Assembly: GCF_006345805.1 (NCBI RefSeq)
Contig: NC_042998.1
Location: 82,708,001 to 82,772,000, forward strand
From: Octopus sinensis
Lineage: Eukaryota
Reading direction: 5' to 3'
Length of the DNA stretch: 64,000 nucleotides
Position numbers and translations under genes: made by a program. This document shows positions 1-13,220 of this stretch, one piece after another. Positions within the stretch are counted from its first letter, which is position 1, and every line of letters begins with the position of its first letter. Under the pieces are notes generated by a model. The model did no database searches. It saw nothing but the letters and a program-made list of their open reading frames with translations, and was not told the DNA's origin.

Positions 1-1090
1 TTTGTATTTGAAAGGACGCACACCACGGGAGACTTTTGATGAAATGAAAGTAACTTATGGTGATGATGCCCCATCATATGACCTTGTAAAACGCTGGCAT
101 CGTGAATTCAAACATGGTCGGAACTCTGTGGAAACAGCTCCCAGATCTGGTCGCCCCTTTCTGCCATTGATGAGGCATCTGTCCGTCAAGTTCAGGCTGC
201 CATTTTGGAAGATCGACGCATAATTATTCGCCAAATAGCCCATGAGGTCAAGATTAGTACCGGGTCAGTGGAAACTATCATTCATGACCATTTGCATATG
301 CAAAAGGTGTCTGCCAGATGGATTCCCAGGTTGCTCACGCCTTTCCAGAAGCAAGAACGCGTCGAGTGCTCGAGGGGTAATTTGGAGATGTGCCAAGAAG
401 ATGAGTCAAAATTTTTCAAAAGACTGATTACACAGGATGAAACCCGGGTCCATCATGATGATCCAGAGACCAAAGCCCAGTCAATGCAGTGGAAGCACCG
501 TGACTCACCTCCTCCAAAGAAGGCAAGGGTGCAGCCCTCCGCTGGCAAGGTCATGCTCACAGTCTTCTGGGACCAGGACGGAGTAGTGATAACAGATTTC
601 CTGGCAAAGGGTACCACAATTGCAGGAGCCTATTATGCTTCACTTTTGAGGAAATTAAGAGAAGTTATCAAAATCAAGAGGCGGGGCAAGATCAGCAAAG
701 GCATCCTCCTCCTGCAGGACAACGATCCGGTCCACAACTCGCTTGTCGCCAGATCAGAAGCACAGGCGTATGGCTATGAACTCCTCCCCATCCCCCTACT
801 TTCCTGACCTTGCACCCTCTGATTTTCACCTCTTCCCAATCATGAAGTTGTTTTTGAAAGGAAAGCGTTTCCCAGATGATGCAGCCTTGATTTCTGAAGT
901 CACGTTGAGGTTGGAGGACCAAGCTGGGTTCTTCTACAAAAACGGTCTCCAGAGCCGCATCAAACGATGGGAGAAATGCGTAACTCTGGGTGGTTCCTAT
1001 GTAGAAAAAGACTAATAACTGTGCCAAGTTTCGTTGCTCTACTGCTATGGGAAGTGGGTCAGGGGCATTACTTATTGAACGCCCCTCGTA
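1..1090 (+). mobile_element. Tc1/mariner (DD34D) DNA transposon, 5' end outside window
   Basis: Transposase remnant followed by a right TIR (gcattacttattgaacgcccctcg, ~1065-1088) and a TA dinucleotide running into a (TA)n tract. Confidence 0.95.
2..1015 (+). pseudogene. Mariner transposase with two single-base frameshifts (~160 and ~790)
   Basis: Three ORFs join into one protein: HTH (SYDLVKRWHREF...RSGRP), KVSARWIPRLLT, ITQDET, SAGKVMLTVFWD, LQDN, PDLAPSDFHLF. After frame correction 34 residues separate the 2nd and 3rd catalytic Asp. Confidence 0.95.
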
Positions 1091-1091
1091 T

Positions 1092-1145
<54 letters not shown>

Positions 1146-1162
<17 letters not shown>

Positions 1163-1461
1163 GTCAATAATAATAAGGGTAAAATTAATTAATTAGTAAT
1201 TAATAATTTTACCAAGCAGTGTCCAATATGTAAAAGGACCATTTACGGTATATTTAAAACATTACTTTATATAATTAGGGTTCAGCAAAAAAATTTGCTT
1301 TACCACACACCGAACTTTTAGAAATAGCAGCCAACGAATTTAGCTATTTCCTCTACTATAAGAAGAGTATACATTGTCTGGGAGACTGCTAAATTCTTTG
1401 GCTGCTATTTCTAAAAGTTCGGTGTGTGGTAAAGTAATTTTTTTTGCTGAACCCTAATTAT
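1146..1461. repeat. Fold-back element (arms ~1271-1344 / 1388-1461), same family as 45289-45820
   Basis: ataattagggttcagcaaaa...gaatttagc has its reverse complement gctaaattc...ctgaaccctaattat downstream. 1146-1380 aligns with the reverse complement of 45600-45820. Confidence 0.85.
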
Positions 1462-1742
1462 ATATATATAATATCTTAGTCAGTCAGTGGAAGGACTTCA
1501 CTACCTCATATGTTCTTAAAATTTAAATCCACATCTTTGTCTGTATATCTACCTTCTCTATAATGTTGCCACTTGATTTGAAAATTTTTGTATTAATGGA
1601 AAGCCTCTATAATTGGCTGATGAGTACTCAGCATCTTAAATCTGGTGTAATACTTACAACATTTAATAAAATGATGTAGTATGAACCGATCATACCAAAT
1701 TACCGGAGTCATTCTTGTTGCTTATTTTGATATATATATATA

Positions 1743-1926
1743 TATGCCATAATTGATAGAGTAAACAGTAAACGGTTGTCATTATCAGAACTCAGAGTTT
1801 CGAATGTCGGAGCGAATAGCCATTAATAGCCGACGAAAATGTACAGTTGCTCTTCGCTCCGACATTCGAAACTCTGAGTTCTAATAATGACAAACGTTTA
1901 CTGTTTACTCTATTAATTATAGCATA
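1743..1926. repeat. Fold-back element, ~74-bp arms
   Basis: 1743-1816 and 1853-1926 are near-perfect reverse complements, flanked by TA-rich sequence. Confidence 0.9.
1822..1888 (+). ncRNA. Variant or decayed type-I hammerhead ribozyme motif
   Basis: attaatag-CCGACGA-aaatgt...acattc-GAAA-ctctgag-TT-ctaataat. The core is a U4C variant and there are mismatches in stems I and II. Confidence 0.5.
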
Positions 1927-2461
1927 TAAAATAATCCTCTATTTCTACAAATATTTCATTCTTTTGTTGTTATGCATATTATCATTATGTGTATGTGTAT
2001 ATATATATATCTCTTATTATAAAAGGCAGATTTTATCTGCCTCCCTTTGTAAGTTATAGAAATCTACAATATAGGATTTCTTCAATTACAATTTACCTAG
2101 CAGTTTTAAGAGTAGAATGCATCGGGTCATGCCAGGTCCAGTTTTTAAAATTTAAACTCCAATTAAGCAAAATTTACAGAAAACTCACATTCTGGTGTGT
2201 ATGTCAAATGCTTTTCTTAGTCTGGTTTACAGCACAGGCAAACGCACACACACAGTGTGCAACGAATAAAGTGAAACTAGATGTAATATTTGTTTCTGTC
2301 TATCACGCTGATAGATACATGAGTAAAATGTATGGGAAGCTAACAGATAAGAGTGAGTGAAAATGTTCTTGGAAGAGAGTAAATTAGCGACAGAGTGATT
2401 TGAGGAAGACTAAACTGAAAGTATGAAACAGTGTTTATGTATAAACAGACGACACTTATAT

Positions 2462-2775
2462 AAACCCTTTCGTTACCAAACCGCCCGAATTTACCTATTC
2501 ATATTTAAATGAGAATATCAGAGTAAATCTCTTTAGTACATTCGTGAAAACACGTATTATACTTCGTAAACACTTCAATTACAGTTTTGTACAAAAATCG
2601 AAGTGTAATTTTAATTCCGTGAATTATGGGAGATTTTTTTCCGAAATTTGTTCCCAATGTGTTTTCAAAATTTGTAATTCTGACAAAAAATGGATACGAA
2701 TTTCATTATATCAAGCAGCGAGTCAGAATTCGAAGGATTTTCTACTGAAGACCTTCATAAATCTAACTCTATGAC
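2462..2775. mobile_element. Possible piggyBac-like MITE remnant
   Basis: Starts taaaCCCTTTCGTTACC, resembling a TTAA-CCCT terminus. No second TIR found; it abuts a Helitron-like insertion. Confidence 0.3.
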
Positions 2776-2790
2776 TGAAAAAAAAGAAGC

Positions 2791-3185
2791 ATCTTTATAT
2801 AAGAGTGAAGTTGTGTGTCTGTCCCCTTCGATTTAGATTCGTAACTACTCCCACATTTTGCGGTGCAGTTTAACCAAAAGCGGGTATCTTATAGTCGTGA
2901 TTCATATCGAGCCCTTCTGGGTATTAGCGCGCGTCTACGATGAGTCTACGATTTTAAAAATATTTACCATCATATTTTTCCATTTTAATGCATTTTTTTC
3001 GCTTTTATATAAGGGAAGTAACTCTCTAAAAATATCTACGATGTGTCAACGATTTAAAAAAAAATTTACCTTAATTTTTTTTTATTTTTAATGCATTTTT
3101 TTGCTATTTTTTGGCTATAACTCTCTAAAAATGCTTATATAGTTATTTCCCTTACAACCCGAGCAACGCCGGGCGATACTGCTAG
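2791..3185 (-). mobile_element. Non-autonomous Helitron/Helentron-like element
   Basis: Minus strand begins CTAGCAGTATCGCCCGGCGTTGCTC and ends ...ttatataaagat. The first ~90 bp are shared with 13221-13601. Confidence 0.65.
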
Positions 3186-3242
3186 TATATATATATATAT
3201 ATAATATATATATATATATATAATATATATATATAATATATA

Positions 3243-3278
<36 letters not shown>

Positions 3279-3300
3279 TGTATGTATGTATGTATGTATA

Positions 3301-3428
3301 TAGTTGCTGTGTAGTTCCGGGTTCATTCCTACTGCGTGGAATCTTGGGCAGGTGTCTTCTACCATAGCCTTTGGCCGACCAAGCATTGTGATTGGATTTG
3401 GTAGACAGAAACTGAAAGAAGCCGGTCG

Positions 3429-3481
<53 letters not shown>

Positions 3482-3692
3482 ATATGTTTGCATGTCTGTG
3501 TTTGTTCCCCCCAACATCGCTTGACAACCGATGCAGGTATGTTTGTGTCTCCGTAACTTAGCAGTTCGGCAAAAAACACCGATAGAATAAGTACTAGGCT
3601 TACAAAGAATAAGTCCTGGGGTCGATTTGCTCGACTAAAAGCGGTGCTCCAGCGTGGCCGCAGTCAAATGACCGAAACAAATAAAAGAGTAA
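3301..3692 (+). mobile_element. tRNA-derived SINE, family B (head truncated)
   Basis: cttgggcaggtgtcttctaccatagcc...ggatttggtagacagaaactgaaagaagcc core, internal microsatellite, tail ggccgcagtcaaatgaccgaaacaaataaaag. Matches 47104-47490. Confidence 0.8.
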
Positions 3693-3764
3693 AAAAGTAT
3701 ATTTTCACATATGTGTGCGTGTGTCTGTGTGTGTGTGCGTGTGTGTGTGTGTATACACAACGGT

Positions 3765-3860
3765 CATCTTTCAGTTTCCGTCTACCAAATCTACTCACAA
3801 GGCTTTGGTCAGCTCGAAGCTATAGTAGAAGACACTTGCACAAGTTGTCACGCAGTGGGA
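3765..3860 (-). mobile_element. SINE family B fragment
   Basis: Reverse complement of the family B core (tttcagtttccgtctaccaaatctactcacaaggctttggtc). Confidence 0.75.
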
Positions 3861-4382
3861 TATATATCTATATATGTGTGTGTGTAGATAGATAGATAAG
3901 TTTCTTTATTGGCCACACAGGGCTGCACACAGATGGGACAAGTTACAAGGTAGAGCTTTTCTTTTGGGGGAGAAAAAAAAAGGTGGCGTAGGTTTTCGAT
4001 CAAAAGGGATCGTAAAAGGGAAAAAAAGAACAAAAAAAAAGAAAAAAAAGGAAAAGAAAAAAAAGAAAAGGGAAAAGGAACAAAAGAAAAGAAAAATGAA
4101 AAAAGAAGAAAAAAGAGGAAAAAAGGGGAAGAGGAAAAAAAACCATCAATAGGGATCGTGTATCACAGTGTCATGATGTATGGTGTAAAGGGGAAAGCAA
4201 GTAAGGTTTATCCGTCGGAAGAAAAGCTTACGAAAAAGACCACGTTAACCTTGGTCAATATTGTTATATGTTACCACATTTGTTTGCAAGTGGGTAACCC
4301 TCTGTTTTCAATTTCTGGGTTCATAGGATTATGCTCAAGGTGGCTTCGTCATTCATACGTGCCATCCTTGCTACATTCGCCC

Positions 4383-4495
<113 letters not shown>

Positions 4496-4794
4496 TAAAT
4501 ATATTAGTCTATTCATGTGCATATGTATGTGTTCTTGAAAATTCTTTCAAAGCCTTCATGAACTTCATTCATGTTTGCGTAGAATTTTATTTTATATTCA
4601 CATAATCAACATCTCATGCGAATGGTAAATAAACGAAATGCAATGTGTACAGTCAAATCCGCACTAAAGCATTTGAGGCGTGTTTGAACTCATTGCTCAA
4701 GAGTTGATAGTCAACGTACTTTATCTACCCACAAAGTCATTTCACTTCTACCACATCTTTGCAGATATATATGAATCATTATAAGCGTACTAAA

Positions 4795-5010
4795 GGCGTC
4801 AAACTGGCAGAATCGTTAGCACGCCGGACCAAATGCTTAGCGGCATTTCGACCGTCCTTACGTTCTGAGTTGAAATTCTACCGAGGTCGACTTTGCCTTT
4901 CATATTTCTGAGGTAGATAAAATAAGTACCAATTGAGTACTGGAGTCGATGTACTTGACTAATCCCCTCGTTCAAAAGTTTCAGGCTTCCTGCCTACAGT
5001 AGATAGGATT
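4795..5010 (+). mobile_element. tRNA-derived SINE, family A
   Basis: A-box-like ctggcagaatcgttag, B-box-like gagttgaaattc, central gtcgactttgcctttcat...aaataagtacc. Confidence 0.85.
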
Positions 5011-5799
5011 ATTATAAACGCAATAAATAAGAAAATCTTGGATTTTTTCAGGACAAAATCGACAACCAAGAAAAGATAAATAAATAAAATTTTGACATCT
5101 CTAAAACCTCTTGAAAGCTAATGGTACACTTGAATGTATTAGGTGAGTGTCATCTGATAACCTTTTCCCATTAAATCGTTATCATTTCCGATAAAGTTTT
5201 CTTTTCATTCTTCTTTATCTGTCAGATGTGGAAACAGCATCTAAGGATATCTCTTCTAATAAAGCATCTTGGTTTCGTTTAAGCCAACATTTTCTTGGGA
5301 CCAACTACAGTCATTTTTACTTAACCACACTATGGAATATCTCGAATGCTGTCATGAGGCATTCCGTTATTTTCTTTTTCTTTTAATAATCTTTTGTGTC
5401 AGTTTCGTTTGATAAAAATGATATATGATATTTCGTACATATTACTATCATTTTCTTCTCGTTGGATCCATAGCAAAATACTTACTTCCACAGATGCCAG
5501 ATGACAATCGATGCACGTTTGACACAGCACACAAAATCTAACAACGTTTGCTCTGATTCAATTTATGTGTTATGTACCCGCTAATTCACACACTTTCTTC
5601 TTTGTATTAGAAACTGCTAGAAAACTAAGGAAGATGATATAATGTATGTAATAGATTTATTTTTATTTAGGCTCACAGGCTCTTTATTTAGAGGAAACAG
5701 AACATGGTACATGAAAATGTCTCTGTCTTCCCGAACGGCAACTGAAATTGGTCTGTGGTTCCTCTTCGCTCGCAGTATAAGTTTACATAGGACAGTAAT

Positions 5800-6000
5800 A
5801 CGGCAAGCTGACAGAATCGTTAGTTCTCCGGGCAAAATGCTTAGCCAAATTTCGTCTGCCCTTGCGTTCTGAATTCGAATTCCGCCGAGGTTGACTTTGT
5901 CTTTCATCTTTTTGGCATCGATAAGTACCTTTTGAGGACTGAGATTGATGTAATTGACTTAGCCTGCCGCAAAATTGCTAGCCTTGTACTAAAATTTAAA
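5800..6000 (+). mobile_element. SINE family A, diverged
   Basis: Same head and central domain as the other family A copies. Confidence 0.8.
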
Positions 6001-6802
6001 CAGTAAACCTACATAAGAGTCCCTTTATTCTAATCTATCGCTGCCAAAATTTCAATATGTATATTGATCAGATTATGCATATTGGCTAGATCAGTTTACA
6101 CATATTTACATCCCTATACATTTACTTGACAAAGCTATAAATAGCAGCTAAAACTTTGCTGAAATCATACGTTTTTGCTTTTAAGAAGAAAAAACTTATT
6201 GGAGAATATCTTCATCTCATTAGCATCTATAATATATAGAAAACGATTAAAAGGTCATTGCGAAAACAACTTTGATCCATCAGTCCCTTGGATCAAACAA
6301 AAACTGAATTTAACAAAGCAAAACATTAACATACTGATGGTAACTATTCGCACCATCTGCCTACAGATTTCTAAACGTTACAAGTCCTTAATTTACTTAC
6401 CTAATTTCTATCTGACAACAAATTTTATCCGAAGATATTGCCTAGAATGTAGAAATCAGATGTTTGTTTTCAAAATTAACCTTCAACAAGGAACAAAATG
6501 TCTTACGTTTAATCGCTGATTGAATATCCTTAAGAAGGAAATTTTCTATCTCAAGCATAACATAATTTATATGCCACATAATCATATCTTATGATATAAG
6601 CTTTCAATATCAGATCATACATTTTTCTAGTTTTGTTTCTTTTCCAATCATAAATACTTTTTGTAATAAATATTTTGTAATAAATACTTCTTTTTTGTAA
6701 TTGAATGTTATATTTTATGCATTATATGTTAAAGGAAAAATGGACATTTTCAATCATTACATATCCTAAATTACATAGTTTGTGTGTGTATATATATATA
6801 CA

Positions 6803-7193
6803 CCGTCGTCGTCGTGGCACTCGTCAGTTACGACGACGAGGGTTCCAGTTGATCCGATCAACGGAACAGCCTGCTCGTGAAATTAACGTGCAAGTCGCTG
6901 AGCACTGCACAGACACGTGTACCCTTAAAGTAGTTCTCGGGGAGATTCAGCGTGACACAGTGTGTGACATGGCTGGATCTTTGAAATACAGGTACAACAG
7001 AAACAGGAAGGACGAGTGAGAGAAAGTTGTGATGAAGTCGGACAGTAGGGTTCGCCACCACCCTCTGCTGGAGCTTCGTGGAGCTTTAGGTGTTTTCGCT
7101 CAATAAACACTTACATCGCTCGGTCTGGGAATCGAAACCGCGGCCTACGACCGCGAGTTTGCTGCCTTAACCACCTGACCATTGCGCCTCCAC
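6803..7193 (-). mobile_element. tRNA-derived SINE, family C
   Basis: Minus-strand head gtggaggcgcaatggtcaggtggttaagg...ggtttcgattccc, tail ending ...acgacgacgacgg. Second copy at 24871-25240. Confidence 0.85.
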
Positions 7194-7499
7194 TACATAT
7201 ATATATATATATATACATTTCGGTGGCAAATATACTTATATATATAATTGTTAAACAGGACAGCTAACATTAAGGCAAGGCAAACATCTCAAGTCGTGTA
7301 CAATATTATTATGGGAAGACATTCAAAATCTTACACCTGTTTCTGGGATATCCCTGAGTATGGAATATTCTGTCATCGGAGACAAATAGGGAAAATGAGA
7401 ATGGTATACATTAATAAGATGATTACATAGAGGAAGGGAGTAAAAGAATAAGGATATGGAAAGAAAGAAGAAAGAAGAATATAAAAGTTCATAGTTCAA

Positions 7500-8450
7500 C
7501 TTTCCGAAAATTTAGAAACCAGAGCATGTGTCCTTAGGTGCAATCCTGCGTATATTCATGCGGGTTAAAAAACTGATATAGTAGACATCCCAAGAAAAAT
7601 GACGCGCACATATCAACGTTCAATAACAGAATGATAGCGGAGGTGGCTAGTGGTAAAAGAAAAGAAGTGAAAAGAGATGTAGAGTGAGCTGGGGGATTTT
7701 AAGGATTGGCTATAGGATAAAGTAAGGTGCTTAGGTGTATGGATTTTAAGAATTGTGTACGGGGTAGCCGAGAAGATGAGAGAGGGTAAAAAAATAGAGC
7801 AAATTGAAAGGAATTTAAAGAGTGTAGTAGATGTCTAGCAGTCTCAAAGTCTAAAGTTGTTGGGAAGAAAACTTAGTAGTAATTGCTTGTGTCCGTTCTG
7901 GCTAAGGTCAGTGGCAGAAGTGTTATTTTTAGCAATGTGGTTATGGGTATGTAGGTAGTCGAGAAAGGAAGAGCTAGTTGAATGTTAAATTATTTATGAG
8001 TGTGAGTTAGAGAAAGGAGGTTTATAGTAGGGGATTTATTGGGTTAAGATTTTAAAATGAATTAAGGATAATTAAAGAATTAATATTTATCTCATAGTCT
8101 GATGAAGTAAGGTAGTTAGAAATGAGGTAAGACATAAGGTAGAAATAAGACTTATAGAGATATAGACGGTGTATGTGTTAATGATCATAGGGGTTTGTAT
8201 GTGGGGTTGAGCTTAGATTTAGATTTATGAGAATTTGTGCTTACACGTAGTAAAGGCATTGCTGTATTTATTAAGCAATTGTGTTGAGTTGTGGATTAAA
8301 GTTGTGAGAGCTTCTTAAAAGCAAAGTCCACAACTGGAATGGTGGCCCTAATATGGGGTACCCCTGTCTATTGTAGCCCAGAAAATTTTATACTGTATTT
8401 TTCTATTAAACAGATGGCTGGCTAGTGATGTGGAATTGCTATTCTCCTTA
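7500..8450 (-). mobile_element. Highly degraded LINE RT (possibly RNase H) relic
   Basis: Minus-strand peptide TGVPHIRATIP resembles the GVPQGS motif. Strong strand compositional skew and many stops. Confidence 0.3.
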
Positions 8451-8701
8451 TATTTAAACGAGTGTAAATGTGCATAATACCTTTGTTTAAAATTTGTGCT
8501 AGAACCAAATGTAGTAGCTACAGGACTTATTTACCATGTTGTGAATGGTGCATCGGTATACGACGTTGAATTATATATCTCTGCATCGGAAATCTGCAAT
8601 AACGCCATAACTACCGTCTCGGCTATATCCTTGGAGCCCCGCTAATTCGTTACATCATTTGTCTAGCATACCCATACTGTGAACTAGACCCCCATACTTT
8701 G

Positions 8702-8777
<76 letters not shown>

Positions 8778-8789
8778 TATATATATATT

Positions 8790-9455
8790 TATATATATTA
8801 CGGAGATGTATTTGCATAGCAAGTGACCTTATCTGAGATCGTATGCTGAAACAAAAACAATTGCAGCGTGGAATTATAAGCTCTTTAACACAAAAAACCG
8901 TTAGATTCACTTCATTCAAATTTAATTTGCCAAAATATTTTCGTCGCTTTGAGACCGCAACCTGTTCACTGACAAAATTCCGTGCTGCATCTGAGTAACT
9001 AACAGTTAGTATACAACCTTCGACAGAGTAACAGTCATGTATACAACTTGAACAGACACACATATCAGCACATAAACATACGTTCATATGTACATACACA
9101 TATACACACACACAGGCACTTCTGCTCGCTTACATACCTAAATACTCACATATATGCATAAGTACACATACATGCATATATGCATGCATAGACATGTACA
9201 CATGCATATGCACATAATTACATGCACACATACATATGTACATACAAACATACATACATACGTACGTACGTACATATATATCATGAACTAACTTACTTTT
9301 TCAGATGCAGCACGGAATTTTGTCTGTGAACAGGTCGCGGTCTCAAAACGACGAAGATATTTTGGCAAATTAAATTTAGATGTTGTAATGAATCTAACAG
9401 TTTTAGTGTGTTTTTAAATGGCTTATAAACACCTTCCACGCTGCAATTGTTTATA
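8790..9455. repeat. Inverted pair (~8853-8993 / 9300-9450) around a microsatellite spacer
   Basis: gcagcgtggaa...ccgtgctgcatctga is mirrored by tcagatgcagcacgg...ttccacgctgc. Confidence 0.85.
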
Positions 9456-9517
9456 TATATATTAATTGCAGTGTATATATATATGTATACACACACACAT
9501 AAACATACATACATATA

Positions 9518-9549
<32 letters not shown>

Positions 9550-9550
9550 G

Positions 9551-9662
9551 GATGAAAGGCAAAGTCGACCTCGGCGGAATTTGAACTCAGAACGTAGCCG
9601 CAGACGAAATACCGCTGAGCATTTCGCCCGGCGTGCTAATGTTTCTGCCAGCTCGCCGCCTT
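9551..9662 (-). mobile_element. SINE family A, 5' part
   Basis: Reverse complement of the family A head and central domain. Confidence 0.9.
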
Positions 9663-10689
9663 TAATGTTTGTATCTATATATTTGTATATAAGTAAGTGC
9701 ATGCAAGGCTATAATGAGGGAGGGAAATTCACTTCTCAACTACATGCTTCCGTGTTTAACGGTAGGAGGAGAGGAGGAAGAAATGAGTGGGAGGAGTAGG
9801 GTTAAAGTCTTTATGTTGGCAGTTGTTGATGTCACTTTAGAAAGATTATGGAAAAAACCAAAACTTATTGCTGCATCGAAACATTAAAGGTATTTATCAT
9901 GAGAAGCGCGTTAATTTGAAATCAAACGAAAAATAAAAATAATCGTTCCCACAAATGTATGAGACAAATTGTCCCCTTAAAGGAATGAAAAGTTAGGTGA
10001 GAACAGAGTTAAGAGAAACCGCTTCTTTGTTCTTTGATATAAAACATCTTTGAAGCAAGATGTGGGGATAATAGAACTTGAAAATTAAATCAAGCTAAAT
10101 TTTGAGCGTTTAATTAGGTCAAAAGTCAAAAGTAATATTGATACCCCCAGAGACAGAGACAACAGGAAGCAGATTGTATATTGACAAAAGTTAAGACTTA
10201 CATTATCGACAAATATGTTAGAGAGAAGAGTGAGAAAATAAGGTAGAAAAAATGAAACTTAGTTTAAGAAACTAAGGTAAGTAAATTAATAACGAAGGAA
10301 CTGAAAGTATAGATGTATATATGTAAGTATAACGATAGAATAGATAAGTGCAGTAAAAAGGTCAGTCATAACAATGATCGCAGTATATTAGATAACAGGG
10401 GAAAAACAACTAAGAGCCAAGTAAGGACAAAGGAGAGAGCTAAGGGTAGGAATTGTGAACACTTGGAAAATAGCCGTAAACAAACTATTAAGACAGTTGA
10501 CTGTAATTTTAAAGAATTAATGCCACATAAGGCATTAAGAAACTCAGTAATCGAAACATTAGTAGGCCGCACTCAGATAGGGGAGTTAATCACTATCAGA
10601 AGCGGTTCACTAGAACTGCACAAACAATTAATGACTGTAATAGCAAGAGATTCAAATATTAAAACCAGGATAATAGGTTAAACACTTTT

Positions 10690-11250
10690 ACTATGAACTT
10701 TACTAAAACTGCAGGCAACCATACCTCTAGTAAAAATATCTCTAGTAATGTCGAGTGGTATATAACTTCCTTAGGAAAGCAAATTCTTTCCAATATTCCC
10801 AGATTGTTCTACTCGGCATTGGAGAAATATTTTGCAAAAAATAACAAATACCTTAAAATGTTTAATAAACATAAAATCAGGCTAGCAATTTCTAATAACC
10901 GAAACCTCGCGCAAATTATAACGGCACACAGTGCGAGTAAGCTAAGCAATTTCCATAAGTGTGAGGTGTTTAGCTGGTGTTCTCATGATAGAAAATACGT
11001 AGTGGAAACGTGGAAATTCCCACTTGCTGACTAACGAAAGAAAAGTGTACATATACACACCCTTAGCAAACATAATTCGAACCGTTCAAAGGGAGATAGC
11101 TTCATCTCTTCCAGAAAGAGCTTTTGCTTCAAAGAATATTGTTTTAGAGATTTTTCACCACCATGCCAACCAAGATTATATTTTTACCCCCAATTCCAAA
11201 GAGATTATGTGCCTCCAGCCAGCTGGTCTCGTGTATCGCCCACTGACGTG
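10690..11250 (+). mobile_element. Penelope-like retroelement fragment (RT-EN linker and decayed GIY-YIG)
   Basis: ORF peptide EKYFAKNNKYLKMFNKHKIRLAISNNRNLAQIITAH matches the PLE linker (KHFP..HKL.KIFNR..IK.SYS...N...II..HN). It is followed by a KVYIY-like segment. Confidence 0.65.
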
Positions 11251-11279
11251 ATACCAGTTGTGACTTTCTAGCTAGCCCT

Positions 11280-11390
11280 AACTTTCAGGTTCGATAAATT
11301 AATTACCAGTTGCGTACTGCGGTCGAGCTAATTGACTGGCCCCCTCCTCCAAAATTTTGGGCCTTGTGCCTAGAGTAGAAAAGAATATTT
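11280..11390 (+). mobile_element. SINE family A, 3' part
   Basis: gataaattaattaccagttgcgtactg...gggccttgtgcctagagtagaaaagaat tail. Confidence 0.8.
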
Positions 11391-11826
11391 ACTTGCTATT
11401 GTTTATAGCATGTTGTGTACTTCAGGATCCAATACCAAAAAACAGAAATTCAAGTTCTCTTGAAAGTTCATAAATTCTCACGAGGCCAACAACATATATG
11501 ACTGTGTGTGTGTGTGTGTGTGTGTGTCTGTGTGTGCGTGTGCGTGTGTGGTGTGCACGCGTTCGCACGTACGTATGTGCTTGCTTAGAGCGACATACGT
11601 ATATTCATACATTTACATGTATATACATACACACATTAAATATACATCTTTACATACCCACAGTGATATATTCACGTTCACACTGGCATATGTATAATTA
11701 TGTGAGTGTGTGTGCATGAGAGCGAGTGTGTGTGTATGTAACGAGTAAAAAGCAGTTTTAGTAATGTAACCGCTATAGGTTGCACATACATAATATATGT
11801 GCGACTGATAATATATATAATATATA

Positions 11827-11880
<54 letters not shown>

Positions 11881-12243
11881 CCTGTTAATATATATATTAA
11901 CACGGAAACACCTGCGTTTAACTCCATTTATATGTATATATATAAATATATAGCGAGAGAGAGAGAGAAAGAGAGAAAGGGGGTGAAGCTTAAACTTATA
12001 CAATGAATAAGCATACATTATTTAAGGGGTGTATATATGTTTACAAATATATACGCTAATATACAAACACGTATATATATATGTGTGTGTGTGCAAATAT
12101 CCACATATACAACCATATTTGTGTCCATGCATAGCCATACATCCACGCATATGCACATCTACATATACATACATACGTACGTACATACTACATACATACG
12201 GGTTACAAATTTACTTTTATTCAGATAATAATTGGAGTATTTA

Positions 12244-12645
12244 AGGCGGCGAGCTGGCAGAATCGTTAGCAAGGCGGGCGAAATGCTCAGCGGTATTTCG
12301 TCTGCCGCTACATTCCGTGTTCAAATTCCGCCGAGGTCGACTTTGCCTTTCATCCTTTCGGGGTCGATTAAATAAGTACCAGTTACGCACTGGGGTCGAT
12401 ATAATTGACTTAATCCATTTGTCTGTCCTTGTTTGTTCTCTATGTGTTTAGCCCCTTGTGGGTAGTAAAGAAATAGGTATTTCGTCTGCCGTTACGTTCT
12501 AAGTTCAAATTCCGCCGAAGTCGACTCTGCCTTTTATCCTTTTGGGGTCGATAAATTGAGTACCTGTTGCGAACTGGAGTCGATCTAATCCACTCCCCCC
12601 TCCCTAAGAATTTCGGGCCTTGTACCAAGAGTAGAAAAGAATGAT
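12244..12645 (+). mobile_element. SINE family A, dimeric form
   Basis: Head plus central domain, then linker (tttgtctgtccttgtttg...cccttgtgggtagtaaagaaataggtatttcg), then a second central domain and tail. Same architecture at 23281-23649 and 52155-52555. Confidence 0.92.
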
Positions 12646-12830
12646 TGGAGCACTTAGATTTGTAAGCAAATGCCTGTAAGTCTGGATAAGCTGGGATTTT
12701 CAGAAAAAGAAATCAACCAACTGACTCGCACATTACAAATACAATCTGTAAGCGGAACAGTAAAACTATGCAAAACTCTCCTGAAGTTTAAAATTGCGAC
12801 CTTGTTTTTTGTTATTTACTTTCTAGATAT
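12646..12830 (+). mobile_element. 3' end of an R4-like (RLE) LINE
   Basis: IGALRFVSKCL..LDKLGFSEKEINQLTRTLQIQSVSGTVKLCK matches GILGFVSKCLKENLDKLRFSEREID at ~63915-64000. Confidence 0.8.
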
Positions 12831-13220
12831 GGAGCTTTGTATCTTTGTTAGAAACCAGCTCCTTCTTTTGAGCAAGAATTTAAATGATTAAATACAGAAG
12901 AGACATACATTTATATGTTTGTGTGAGTATGCTCCTGTGTATGTGTACACCTTAACCTAAATACACTTATGCGTATATAATGTAGTCTTCTCCAAACCTA
13001 CATTAATAGTTATGTAAATGTGTATATGCGTACATACACATATACTTATGTGTATGTATATACATCGCCGCGCAGACCTTCGTTCATCCGTATATATTTT
13101 TGAGATAAAGTACCAATATAATATATGCTTAGATCTAATAAGCAAAATCATATTATCTAGTTATTTATGTCCCAGTAATTAAAATCTTAATTTAGTATAT
13201 TCTTTCGTTTTATAGATAAA

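Noticed and set aside
8090-8145. CTGATGA...GAAA...TA hammerhead-like spacing
   Set aside because: Neither stem I nor stem II can pair, so it is a chance match inside a LINE relic.
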